Shown here: positions 1 to 10,143 of the stretch, in pieces
How positions within the stretch are numbered: position 1 is the stretch's first letter
How the letters are laid out: each line of letters starts with the position of its first letter
Origin: Nitrosopumilus sp.
Lineage (GTDB): Archaea; Thermoproteota; Nitrososphaeria; Nitrososphaerales; Nitrosopumilaceae
Direction: 5' to 3'
DNA: 64,000 nt
Assembly: GCA_965197525.1 (NCBI GenBank)
Contig: OZ240211.1
Span: 512,001 to 576,000 of the forward strand
Made by a program: the position numbers and the translations under genes
The notes under the pieces: generated by a model
What the model saw: only the letters and a program-made list of their open reading frames with translations
Told to the model about the DNA's origin: nothing
Database searches by the model: none

Positions 1-830
1 AAAGCGTTAGATTTAGCTGAGATGGTAATCCATATGGACGCTCGAGGTGATGCACCATATTCAATATAATTAGATATGTCAAGGTCATATTTGGCAGGGA
101 ATCGTGTTGCATCTACGATCTCTGTAATGTAATTGTAAATAGTATCATCAACGTAAATCTCTCCTACAAAATCTTGTATTGAGATCATCTCATCAGTTGA
201 TAAAATTTTTGCAGGGTGAGGGGTCATACCAGTTGTGAATCGTTGGATAATCTCGGATTCCTGCTCCCTGTTTGGATATGAGATTAATAATTTGAACATG
301 AAACGATCTAATTGTGCTTCAGGAAGTCGGTACGTTCCTTCAGACTCTATCGGGTTTTGGGTGGCCATTACAAAGAACGGTTTTTCTAGGATGTGTGTCT
401 CTCCTTGGATACTTACTTGGTTCTCCTGCATTGCCTCAAGCAATGCTGATTGTACCTTTGGAGGGGCACGATTAATCTCGTCAGCTAGTATAAAGTTTGA
501 AAATATTGGGCCTTGTAGCGTGTTAAATGACGCTGTGGTATGATCATAAATTTTGGTTCCGGTAATGTCTGCAGGTAGCAGATCAGGAGTGAATTGTAGT
601 CGTACAAACTCGGCACTTGTGCAATCAGATAATGTCTGAACAAGTAACGTCTTGGCCAGTCCTGGAACGCCTTCAAGCAGAACGTGACCATTAGATAGCA
701 AGGCAATGATTAATTTTTCAATTACTTTGTCTTGGCCTACAATAACCTTTGAGATCTCATCGTGAAGTTCTTTGATTTTGACAGACAATTCCCGAGATTT
801 GGTAGTTAATGCTTGAATTTCTTGACTCAT
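1..830 (-). CDS. moxR: MoxR-family AAA+ ATPase (3' end runs off window)
   Basis: Manual translation from ATG at 830: MSQEIQ...GHVLLEGVPGLAKT (Walker A)...RLQFTPDLLPADITG...ILADEINRAPPKVQSALLEAMQE...MATQNPIESEGTYRLPEAQLDRF. Open to the window edge. Confidence 0.93.
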   Translation of the reverse strand, partial: MSQEIQALTTKSRELSVKIKELHDEISKVIVGQDKVIEKLIIALLSNGHVLLEGVPGLAKTLLVQTLSDCTSAEFVRLQFTPDLLPADITGTKIYDHTTASFNTLQGPIFSNFILADEINRAPPKVQSALLEAMQENQVSIQGETHILEKPFFVMATQNPIESEGTYRLPEAQLDRFMFKLLISYPNREQESEIIQRFTTGMTPHPAKILSTDEMISIQDFVGEIYVDDTIYNYITEIVDATRFPAKYDLDISNYIEYGASPRASIWITISAKSNA

Positions 831-899
831 ATCTCTTGACCACGTAATATTGAATATAATAAAATTGGGAAAGGTTATCTTATATAAATTGCGTTTTTT

Positions 900-1158
900 G
901 GTTCTGTAACATCTTCGAGACCCTTAGTGATGTTATCGCTGGCCTAAATATACCATTCAAACTATCCTCTAGGTTTAGGGATAGTCGAGATGACATAGAT
1001 GAAGCGAAGTCTGGCATTTTTGAGCCAGCGATGTTGGAATCTTGCAGATCAGTAATCTAGATAGTCGATATGTCAAAGTCGAGTGATAGAGAGAAAACAA
1101 TTTGTTAATAATACAACAAAATTTCTTTGTTGATAGGTGTCTATAACCAGACAGAACC
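900..1158 (+). mobile_element. Family-1 MITE (259 bp): IS6-like ends around the extreme 3' end of tnpB
   Basis: GGTTCTGT at 900 and ACAGAACC at 1151-1158. Interior is homologous to the tnpB 3' end (DVIAGLNIPFKLS, ctaggtttagggatagt, gtcgatatgtcaaagtc). No TSD (cgtttttt vs gtcatccc). Confidence 0.8.
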
Positions 1159-1269
1159 GTCATCCCAGTTTTGAAGACTATTTTGCGTTAGTTGATCCAC
1201 ATCGTTTTCTGCTTTATCTAGCGTTTTGTTATCATCAGGTAGTCGCTGTGATTCTGTAAATAAGAGATG

Positions 1270-2268
1270 CTATTCTTTGGAATCAGGCCACATCATTTTA
1301 CGCATGGCTTTACCAACTTTTTCAATCTGATGTGCATCATAATCTTGCATATATTTGTCAAAGGAGGCCTTGCCATTCTTTTGATACTCAGATATCCATT
1401 CTTTGTTAAATGTGCCGTCCTGAATCATATCAAGGACTTTTTTCATCTTTTCTTTATTTGCAGAGTCCATAACCATTGGTCCTCTAGTGAGTCCGCCATA
1501 TCTTGCAGTCTCACTTACACGTCTCCACATTCCGTTGATGCCATACTTTTGAATTAGATCTACAATGAGTTTCAGCTCGTGTAACACCTCAAAATATGCA
1601 ATCTCAGGTTGATAACCTGCCTCAACAAGTGTTTCAAACGCATTTGTAACCATGGATGCAGCACCACCACACAGATCAGCTTGTTCTCCAAACCAGTCAG
1701 TCTCTACCTCTTCTTTGAAACTAGTCTTGATCAATCCGGCCCTTGCACTACCTATACCTTTTGCAATGCCTAACGTTCTATCCCAAGCCTTTCCTGTAAA
1801 ATCTTGTTCTACTGCAACAATTGACGGAGTCCCAAAATTATCAAGATATGTCTCTCTTACTTTGGAACCCGGTCCCTTTGGTGCAACCATGATTATATCA
1901 ACATCAGATGGCGCCTCTATCCATTTCCAATAGATTGCAGCAGCATGTGAGAATGACAGTGATTTACCAGTTGAAAGATTTGGCTGTATCTCATCTTTGT
2001 ATACCTGACCTTGAATCATGTCAGGGATTAGTATATGAATAATGTCTGCCTGTTTTGTCGCATCTGCAACTGTTAATACTTTATGGCCATCGGATTCTGC
2101 CTTTCTCCAAGTGTTGCTACCTTTTTTGAGTCCAACTATCACGTTAAGACCGGAATCGCGCATGTTGTTGGCTTGTGCATCGCCTTGAATACCGTAGCCA
2201 ATCACAGCAATGACCTCGTCTTTGATAGAGTCAAGACTGATGTCATTATCTTTCCATACTTGTGCCAT
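1270..2268 (-). CDS. ilvC: Ketol-acid reductoisomerase
   Basis: VIGYGIQG Rossmann motif, LSFSHA, MVAPKGPG, EVETDWFGEQADLCGG, AYFEVLHELKLIVD. Confidence 0.97.
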   Translation of the reverse strand: MAQVWKDNDISLDSIKDEVIAVIGYGIQGDAQANNMRDSGLNVIVGLKKGSNTWRKAESDGHKVLTVADATKQADIIHILIPDMIQGQVYKDEIQPNLSTGKSLSFSHAAAIYWKWIEAPSDVDIIMVAPKGPGSKVRETYLDNFGTPSIVAVEQDFTGKAWDRTLGIAKGIGSARAGLIKTSFKEEVETDWFGEQADLCGGAASMVTNAFETLVEAGYQPEIAYFEVLHELKLIVDLIQKYGINGMWRRVSETARYGGLTRGPMVMDSANKEKMKKVLDMIQDGTFNKEWISEYQKNGKASFDKYMQDYDAHQIEKVGKAMRKMMWPDSKE

Positions 2269-2304
2269 AATGATACCAAAAATACTGCAAATATTAACTA
2301 TGAT

Positions 2305-2442
2305 TTAGATTTGAATGATTTTGCCACATGAACGGCACTTTACAGTGACTATTTTTTCTGCTAGTCTTATAAACCGATTTGAGCCACATTCAGGACATAT
2401 GGGGCATGCGCGAATTTTATCCATGGTGCATGTATGAGCCAT
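2305..2442 (-). CDS. Small zinc-ribbon protein (45 aa, below ORF-track cutoff)
   Basis: Manual translation MAHTCTMDKIRACPICPECGSNRFIRLAEKIVTVKCRSCGKIIQI* with CPECG and CRSCG knuckles. Ends 37 bp upstream of ilvC on the same strand. Confidence 0.7.
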   Translation of the reverse strand: MAHTCTMDKIRACPICPECGSNRFIRLAEKIVTVKCRSCGKIIQI

Positions 2443-3134
2443 ACCAAATTAAAGATTACACTAAACTGATACTCAAAGTGTGATTTTGACAATGGTATCA
2501 GATGATACAGCATATAACCACGTTGGTCTAATAGTAGTTTGCTAGTACCATTTTCAGCCAAGATCAAAAATTGGATAGTATGGTCTGGGATTATGATGAC
2601 CAAGAATCACGTATCAACACGCTAGGACAAAATACAGGTTTTTGCATTAGAGGATTTACAATAATCGAATCAGATATTCATATAAAATAAAATTTGCAGG
2701 AATCAGATTCATAACTGTTTGGCGATACACGAGATATAACCACGTCTGCCAGTTTGAGAAAGTTGATGCGATATAATTGATTTTGACAACATTGAAATTA
2801 ATTTTACTAACGATTAAAACATTCATCAACATCATAAGATCATTCCAACATGATAAAGATGTTTTATTGATAGTGTATATAGATGATTTGCGATTTTTGT
2901 AACTGATAAAAGTTTTGTAAATATGTCAAAGAATGCGTATTTAGTGTGACAGTTCTAAAATAAAGTTATGTTTTTGATATACATACAAGCATATATGACG
3001 TGGCATGTATTAGCAGATCAATCTTTAGTATCACATTATAATAATAGATTGTGTAATGTGACACATCGCACTCATTTAATATTGGATGGATGATAATTTC
3101 AGGTGTATGGGTAAAGATAAATCAAGCTATAACA

Positions 3135-4055
3135 CTATGTAATAATACCGCTTCCAAGTATTCTAATAGTAGGGGATTCGGGTTTTAGAACCACGGCAAT
3201 CTGGTTCTTTTTACACACAATTGGTTTTTCAAACTCTAGTATTAACGGAGATATTGATAAAAATTTGGCAGATCTAACTTGCAAGCCAATACCAACCAGA
3301 CATCCTTGATTTACAGATATGTCATGTTTATAGAATGGGCTTTTTTTAAAATCTAATTGGATGGTTGAGACTATATCAACTAATCCCTCTTCGGTTATGA
3401 TATCGCCGCGCCCTACATCATCAGGTTTAGCGCCCTTTAATGCCAACCCCACACGTGCGGGTGCAGATGATACAGTGACTGGGTCATCATGCATTTGGAT
3501 AGATTTTATCATGACATCAACGCCTGCAGGGTACAGTTTGAGGTTATCATACTGGTTTACCTTACCATGTGTTACCTTGCCTAAAACAACTGTCCCGACA
3601 CCCTTGACGTCAAAACAGTGATCAACTACTATCTCAGCAGGCTCATCGTTTTGGACAGGCTCAAATTTATTTATCTCCTCTTTGATTTTATCATAATCAA
3701 CTTTGATGTACCCGTCTAGAACGGTATCTTTTATCATAGCGTCTAATCGGGACTCATCTACATCAAATGCGTGTGATAATATACCACGCTCCTTTTTTAA
3801 ACAGTCCAATGCAACGATCTGCTCTCCGGTAAATTTATCGAGCTTATCAACGTGAAAAATCACATACTCTGCTAAACTTATTGCCTGTAGCAGAGGTTGA
3901 ATTTTGTCAGGAAAACCACTAGGGGCAACCCAAGTTTTTATGATATCAGACTCTTTTCTGTCATAAAGTGTAATATCAGTCCGTGTTCCTACTTTTCCGA
4001 GATCAGATGCAATATTTTGATCACCCAAAACTACGAAATTGACAGATTTGACCAT
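3135..4055 (-). CDS. EF-Tu/SelB-like protein with degenerate G-domain and intact domain II
   Basis: VVDHCFDVKGVGTVVLGKVTHG and IKSIQMH...ARVGLALKG are EF-Tu domain II motifs. No GxxxxGK(S/T) P-loop. Confidence 0.8.
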   Translation of the reverse strand: MVKSVNFVVLGDQNIASDLGKVGTRTDITLYDRKESDIIKTWVAPSGFPDKIQPLLQAISLAEYVIFHVDKLDKFTGEQIVALDCLKKERGILSHAFDVDESRLDAMIKDTVLDGYIKVDYDKIKEEINKFEPVQNDEPAEIVVDHCFDVKGVGTVVLGKVTHGKVNQYDNLKLYPAGVDVMIKSIQMHDDPVTVSSAPARVGLALKGAKPDDVGRGDIITEEGLVDIVSTIQLDFKKSPFYKHDISVNQGCLVGIGLQVRSAKFLSISPLILEFEKPIVCKKNQIAVVLKPESPTIRILGSGIIT

Positions 4056-4419
4056 ACGATCAAGATAACAGTTGTATCTTATGAAGTTTTGAATTTAGTA
4101 GGCAAACTATACGTAGAGTAATTAACTGATACATTGAGGTACTCGATAATGAACAGGTTTAAAATATGACACCATATCAACACGGATACTCAGAGAGATC
4201 ATCTTCGTTGTCCTGTTGCTCGTCTAAAATTCGAAGATGGTATAGTATCGATTTGTTGCCAGATGCCATAGCAAATTATGATAGAGAGGGTATAAAAACA
4301 TGTTGTATGTAGCCATACCCTCCCCCACTTACATTATTAGATATAGATACCCCCTCCCCCTCCCCTCCAAATACCCGCCCATTTATCTGTGCATCTATCC
4401 ATATTCCAGTACATCATCG

Positions 4420-4797
4420 GGTTCTGTTGGGTTATCGAGATCTAAAACATAGAAATAAATACTTTTAATCATTACCATAATCATTGAACAGCACGAACAC
4501 GCAATATCCAGGATGCGGAAAGAAACTCCAAGAGGATATTATGCAACAACATCATAAATTATCGTGTACTAATTGTGGATTGTTCATTGATATGAACGCA
4601 TCTCACAAGCTGTCCCCTAGGTTTAGGGATAGTAGAGATGACATACATGAAGCGCAGTCTGGCACTTTTGAGTCAGCAATGTCGGAACCCAGCACACCGT
4701 CGGTAATCCGAATAGTCGATATGTCAAAGTCAGGTTATATGGAGAGGAACTTTGTTAATACACAACAAATTTCAGGTCTCGATAACCCAACAGAACC
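4420..4797 (+). mobile_element. Family-1 MITE (378 bp): IS6-like TIRs around tnpB 3' end (Zn finger, RuvC-III region, putative omega-RNA)
   Basis: Perfect 21-bp TIR GGTTCTGTTGGGTTATCGAGA (4420-4440 / 4777-4797). Interior translates to the TnpB C-terminus (YPGCGKKLQED...CTNCG...PRFRDSRDD). No TSD. Confidence 0.9.
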
Positions 4798-4800
4798 CTA

Positions 4801-5556
4801 CTATGGAAAAGAGTTCAGGGCAGATACATAGCTTGCAAATCGGTGATTTTTTGGCTTGACCTTTTTGTCATGGTATTTAACGGCGGATTTTTTGTTTACT
4901 GCACCATAAAGACCAAGTGGCGTATATCTAGGCAAGTTGTCGTGCGCCCAGCCAAGAACTTCATCATTTGGTGCATAATAGTTTACAGTTTTTGTTTTGA
5001 TGATTGATTTGAATATTTTAGAGTATTGCAGGGATGAGGGTACATCATGGGTAATTGATGCACCAAAAAAATATACGCTGTTAATAATTCCAGTGTTTGT
5101 TTTCTTTCTTGCAAGATACGACAAAGTACTGAGGATTACCTGGGATCCAAGAGAGTGACCAAGCAGACGAATTCTAGTGCCAGGACTTGCGAGTTTAAAA
5201 TCTTCAATGAATGCTCCAAGATTTTTACCGTTTTTCTTGGCAATAACTTGACCTACTGCCAAAGCATGTTTTTGGTGTTTTGTGCTGTACGCACCTACGG
5301 TGTTTGAGTCGTAGCTGAATCCGATGACTGGGTGCATATAGCCTAATCTACGTAGTCGAGTTTTGGCCAAGAGAGCTTTGGCAATGGCGCCTGCATTGTT
5401 GTTTCTAAAACCATGAATCATTATTACGAGTTCTTTTGAGCCGACTAATCCCTTAAAACCATTTTTTGGGTAAATACGATACAAGTCATTACGTAGGGCA
5501 GTGCCGTCAGATAGGTCATAGCATCCTCTGGTTGTGACTCGTAAAATGGGTTTCAT
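4801..5556 (-). CDS. Alpha/beta-hydrolase (DUF726/DUF900-like)
   Basis: IHGF oxyanion motif and GHSLG nucleophile elbow. Start overlaps the metG stop (ATGA). Confidence 0.8.
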   Translation of the reverse strand: MKPILRVTTRGCYDLSDGTALRNDLYRIYPKNGFKGLVGSKELVIMIHGFRNNNAGAIAKALLAKTRLRRLGYMHPVIGFSYDSNTVGAYSTKHQKHALAVGQVIAKKNGKNLGAFIEDFKLASPGTRIRLLGHSLGSQVILSTLSYLARKKTNTGIINSVYFFGASITHDVPSSLQYSKIFKSIIKTKTVNYYAPNDEVLGWAHDNLPRYTPLGLYGAVNKKSAVKYHDKKVKPKNHRFASYVSALNSFP

Positions 5557-7319
5557 GATATGTCAGATGTTGTTGATGTTGATTGGGGTGACGATGGTCC
5601 TAGGCGTTTTTTATGCTCTTCAATATCAGATGGGTCAACCTTGGTAAAGAGTGGAGAAGACTCGCCTATAGTATGTGAAGATGTTACACCAAACGCAGAG
5701 ATATCACCCCATGAAGAATCTGAAACTGTTCCATCAAATCCAAGCTGAGACCACATCTTTTGCGCAGATTCGGGTATAAACGGAGACAATGCGATTGCTA
5801 GACTCTTGACGGCATTTACGGAAAAATACACACAGTTTGCAGTACCGGTACCTCTCTTCCATGGTTCCTTGTGTTGAAAATATTGATTAAAAAACGATGA
5901 GAATTCTAAGATCTTCTTCAAGGCCCTATCAAGATGATTCTGTTCTAGCAGGATACGCGTCTCAGAAGCGACATTCTGAATTCTAGTCTTTGCTTGTATG
6001 TCGTGTTCATCAAGGGAGTCAGCATCAGGAACGATACCGTTGTATGTCTTTTTAGTAAATCCTAATGCGCGATTAACAAAGTTGCCAATATTGCCAATCA
6101 ATTCAGAGTTTATCCGTAGAGTAAAATCATCCCAGTCAAAGTTCAGATCATCTTGAGAGTACGGATTAATTGAAACAAGATAAAACCTTAGATAGTCAGC
6201 AGGATAGTATCCCAGAAACTCTTTTAGACCGATATACCAATTTCTGCTTTTGGAGATCTTTTTGGCTTGTAGTGTCAAATGTCCACGGGTAGGAATGTAA
6301 TCAGGAAGTTTGTACTCGCTGTCTATACCCAATCGCATTGCAGGTAAAAATAGATAATGGTGATACACGATATCCTTTCCGATGAAATGATAAATATCAG
6401 CAGAATTCCAAAACTCTTTGCCATTGATTCCTTTTTCGTTTAAGAACTTTAGTGCAGTAGAGATGTATGCAAGATGATTATCAAACCATCCGTAAAAGAC
6501 TTTGTTTGATGGAGTGGTAATAGATGTATTGCCATTATCATGATGGCCGTCAGCATTATGATCGTCGTGCTGGGAATCATCATCATCGGAGGTAATTGAT
6601 GGAACAGGAACCCCCCAAGGGATATCCCTAGTGATATCCCAATCAATCAATCCGGATTTGATCCAGTTTTGAACATATTTTTTAACATCCTTTTGAAGCA
6701 AGTCATTATTATCAAGCCATTGAGATATAGAATCAGAAAAGTTTGTAAGTTTGAAAAAGTAATGCCGGGTCTTTTCTTTGGTTGGAGGTTTACTACACAA
6801 AGAACATTTTGGGTTAACTATCTCATCAGGTACACGGCTACAACTCTCGCACAGATCAGAGTACTGGTCATCAGCATGACAGTAAGGACAGGTACCCTTT
6901 ACATATCTGTCAGGTAAAAATTTCTTGTCGTAATTACAGTAAAACTGGATGATATCTTGTTCGTATATGTGACCTGCAGCATTTAATTTTTTAAAGACGT
7001 CTTGTACAAACGCTATATTTTCAGACGAGCTGGTCTTGTAAAAATAGTCAAACTGTATATTACACGCCTTAAAGTCATCCAAATCTTGTTTGTTCCAGTA
7101 CGCAACATACTGGGCAGGAGTCTTGCCTTCCTTTTCTGATTGGATTAGAATAGGAGTGCCAAAGTCATCAGATGCACAGAAATAGTATGCATCAACGCCG
7201 TTTAGTCTCAAAAACCTAGTTGTAACATCGGCAGGAAGATAGGTTGATGCAATATGCCCCAAATGGATATCGCCATTAGAGTAGGGTAATGCACTTGTAA
7301 TGATAGCTCTTTTATTCAT
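5553..7319 (-). CDS. metG: Methionine--tRNA ligase (no C-terminal OB fold)
   Basis: ALPYSNGDIHLGH (HIGH), Zn knuckles, WDITRD, YGWFD, GKDIVYHH, KISKS. Carries a D/H-rich insert. Confidence 0.97.
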   Translation of the reverse strand: MNKRAIITSALPYSNGDIHLGHIASTYLPADVTTRFLRLNGVDAYYFCASDDFGTPILIQSEKEGKTPAQYVAYWNKQDLDDFKACNIQFDYFYKTSSSENIAFVQDVFKKLNAAGHIYEQDIIQFYCNYDKKFLPDRYVKGTCPYCHADDQYSDLCESCSRVPDEIVNPKCSLCSKPPTKEKTRHYFFKLTNFSDSISQWLDNNDLLQKDVKKYVQNWIKSGLIDWDITRDIPWGVPVPSITSDDDDSQHDDHNADGHHDNGNTSITTPSNKVFYGWFDNHLAYISTALKFLNEKGINGKEFWNSADIYHFIGKDIVYHHYLFLPAMRLGIDSEYKLPDYIPTRGHLTLQAKKISKSRNWYIGLKEFLGYYPADYLRFYLVSINPYSQDDLNFDWDDFTLRINSELIGNIGNFVNRALGFTKKTYNGIVPDADSLDEHDIQAKTRIQNVASETRILLEQNHLDRALKKILEFSSFFNQYFQHKEPWKRGTGTANCVYFSVNAVKSLAIALSPFIPESAQKMWSQLGFDGTVSDSSWGDISAFGVTSSHTIGESSPLFTKVDPSDIEEHKKRLGPSSPQSTSTTSDIS

Positions 7320-7357
7320 CAGATATATAGTGTGGCAAAGTTGGTGTTATTGAATTT

Positions 7358-8608
7358 TTACCAGCTAGAGGCATACTTGAGCTGCTCAGAGTTGAGTTTA
7401 TCTATTTTGACATGCATTGCTTGTAGAGCATCAGCTGCTACCTGTCTATCGATCTCTTCGGGGACATTAATAATCTTGTTTTCCATATTTGCGTGGTTTT
7501 TGAGGATATATAGAATAGACAGGATCTGGTTTGAGAATGATTGTGCCATGACTTCAGGAGGATGCCCTTCTGCTGCAACTAAATTCGCAAGACGGCCTTG
7601 TCCTATCAGATATACCACTTTGCCATTCGTTAATGTACACTCATCCAGGTTTTCTCTCACTGTTCTGACAGATTTTGATGACTCTAACAAGAATTTACTG
7701 TCTATCTCTACATCAAAGTGCCCCACATTGCCCATTATAGCCCCATCTCTCATCTGTAAGATGTGTTCTTTTCGAACTACACTAGTCATGCCAGTACATG
7801 TAACGAAGAGATCACCAATCTTTGCAGCTTGGGACATGGGCATGACATCAAACCCGTCCATGTGTGCCTCTAGTGCCTTTACGGGATCAATTTCGGTGAC
7901 TATAACTTTTGAACCCATGCCATGAAATCGCGCGGCAACTCCACGTCCTACCCAACCATATCCTGCAACTACAACACGCTTTGATGCCATGAGAAGATTC
8001 ATCGCACGCAGATAGCCATCAATGGTACTCTGACCGGTACCATACCTATTATCAAACATGTGTTTGGTGTATGCCTCATTGACTAAGATTACAGGATATC
8101 TAAGTTTGCCCTGATTCTCAACTGCACGAATTCTAGTAACACCTGCTGTTGTCTCTTCAGTAGCTCCTAGAATTTTCATAGATGAGAATCGTTTGTCAAA
8201 GTGAGCCTTGATATTCATATCAGCGCCATCATCAGTAAGAATGACAGGACTGTGTTTTAGTACCTGGTCAATACACCAATCATACTCTTTTACTGATTGA
8301 TCATTCCAAGAGTAAACATGAATGCCTTGAGATGCTAAAAATGCAGCAATATCATTTTGTGTAGTCAATGGATTTCCACCACAGCATGCAACAGTTGCAC
8401 CTAGTTCTTTGGCACCCATGAGCAGTACTGATGTCTCCTTGGTAATATGCAGGCAAAAGCCCAATGTGACACCTTTGAGAGGTTGGGATTTTTTATAGCG
8501 ATTAATGGTATTGGACAGAATCGGCATATGGGACTTTGCCCATTGGTAGGACAAACTACCTTTATTGATCAGTTTTGCACTAGTCTTTACTTTACTCAAT
8601 GATTTCAC
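7358..8608 (-). CDS. ahcY: Adenosylhomocysteinase
   Basis: CLHITKET, TDDGAD, EETTAG, KHMFDNRYGTGQS, GYGWVGRG, GRLANLVAAEGHP. Confidence 0.97.
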   Translation of the reverse strand: MKSLSKVKTSAKLINKGSLSYQWAKSHMPILSNTINRYKKSQPLKGVTLGFCLHITKETSVLLMGAKELGATVACCGGNPLTTQNDIAAFLASQGIHVYSWNDQSVKEYDWCIDQVLKHSPVILTDDGADMNIKAHFDKRFSSMKILGATEETTAGVTRIRAVENQGKLRYPVILVNEAYTKHMFDNRYGTGQSTIDGYLRAMNLLMASKRVVVAGYGWVGRGVAARFHGMGSKVIVTEIDPVKALEAHMDGFDVMPMSQAAKIGDLFVTCTGMTSVVRKEHILQMRDGAIMGNVGHFDVEIDSKFLLESSKSVRTVRENLDECTLTNGKVVYLIGQGRLANLVAAEGHPPEVMAQSFSNQILSILYILKNHANMENKIINVPEEIDRQVAADALQAMHVKIDKLNSEQLKYASSW

Positions 8609-8779
8609 GCAAGAGTTAGACTATAAAATTCTATAGAGAATGTAGGATTACAAAAAACCGGTTGCGGTAATATCGTAGTAGAGTAACAGAATTTTAGGCG
8701 ATACTAACATGTCATACATTACTAAAAATACTTTCAGATTACACCGCCATCACGCAGAACCTAAATAAACAGCGATGAT

Positions 8780-9100
8780 ATGGCAAATATATTGACCTGG
8801 AAGAAGATTGCAGAAAAAGGAGCAGTATCGGCAGGAAAAGGAAAAGCATTCAAGATTGACGGAAAGCAGATTGCGATATTTAATCAGGGTAATCAGCACC
8901 ATGCAATAGACGACCTCTGCGTTCATCAGGACGGCTCAATTGCACCAGGCAAGTTAGACGGAGATATTGTAGAGTGTCCATTGCACTTTTGGCACTATAA
9001 TATAAAGACAGGTCAACTAGTCGATTATCTCAAAGATGTAAAGTTAGAGACATACCCAGTAGAGATAAGAGACGATGGAATATACGTCGATATAGAATGA
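8780..9100 (+). CDS. Rieske [2Fe-2S] ferredoxin
   Basis: CVH...CPLH Rieske ligand pattern. Confidence 0.92.
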   Translation: MANILTWKKIAEKGAVSAGKGKAFKIDGKQIAIFNQGNQHHAIDDLCVHQDGSIAPGKLDGDIVECPLHFWHYNIKTGQLVDYLKDVKLETYPVEIRDDGIYVDIE

Positions 9101-9345
9101 TTGCGTCTTGACAAACCATCAAGAGTCACCAATCTTGGCAGGCATGAACAGAATACGGTACAGATACGACAACTAACATAAATGTATACAGTCGTGATAA
9201 TACAATTAAATTCATCAAAAAATGTAAATCAAAATACAAGAGTGCAACAATCTTGTTTAGCATTCATAATACAATCTGGAATCATACCATATCTACAAAA
9301 AAAGAGAGACAAAAGGTTTATTCTCATATATTATAAAGAGAATTA

Positions 9346-10143
9346 TTGAATCAAGATATCATAAATGAGATCATAAATCAAGATTACAAGGCCATTGCAG
9401 ACAAAATTGAAAAGTTTGTACTAGATGCAGTAAATAATAGTCATGCAAGAGGAGTCGTTTTAGGGTTAAGTGGGGGCATAGATTCGGCAGTTTTAGCATA
9501 TATCTGTAAAAACAAATTGCAAAAGGAGACGCTTGTACTGGTAATGCCAGACACTGACATCACACCACAAACAGAGACACAGGATGCGTTAAAGATGGTC
9601 TCACTGACTGGTATACAATCCAAACTAGTTGACATTAAACCGATCATAGAAGAGTATTCGAAATATTTGGAACCAGATGAAACCTCCAAAGGCAATCTTC
9701 GTGCAAGGGTCAGAACCAACATACTATACTACTATGCCAATGCAAAAAACTATCTGGTTTTAGGTTCAAGCGACAAGAGTGAGTACATGATAGGATACTT
9801 TACAAAATTCGGAGATGGTGCATCAGATATAGCACCGATTGCGTCACTGTACAAACTTCAGATAAGAGAGATTGCAAAGTATTTAGGCGTACCAAAAGAG
9901 ATCATCGCAAAAAAGAGCAGTCCGCACCTATGGAAGGAGCATCAGGCAGAAAAAGAGATCGGGTTATCATACGAGGAGATCGACTCGATACTTTACTGCC
10001 TCATTGAGAAAAAGTTATCACTCAAAGAGACGGAGACTGCCACTCAGATAGACGAGGCGTCCATCAAAAAGATAAATCAATTACAGACAGACAGCGAACA
10101 TAAACGATCAACTATACATAAACTAGATGTGAGACAAGCATGA
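9346..10143 (+). CDS. nadE: NH3-dependent NAD+ synthetase
   Basis: LGLSGGIDSAV, GNLRARVR, GYFTKFGDG, KKSSPHLW. Confidence 0.95.
   Translation: MNQDIINEIINQDYKAIADKIEKFVLDAVNNSHARGVVLGLSGGIDSAVLAYICKNKLQKETLVLVMPDTDITPQTETQDALKMVSLTGIQSKLVDIKPIIEEYSKYLEPDETSKGNLRARVRTNILYYYANAKNYLVLGSSDKSEYMIGYFTKFGDGASDIAPIASLYKLQIREIAKYLGVPKEIIAKKSSPHLWKEHQAEKEIGLSYEEIDSILYCLIEKKLSLKETETATQIDEASIKKINQLQTDSEHKRSTIHKLDVRQA

Noticed and set aside
4316-4380. C-rich tract with G-quadruplex potential on the minus strand
   Set aside because: It is a real compositional oddity but has no supporting context and is consistent with the genome's general slippage tracts.
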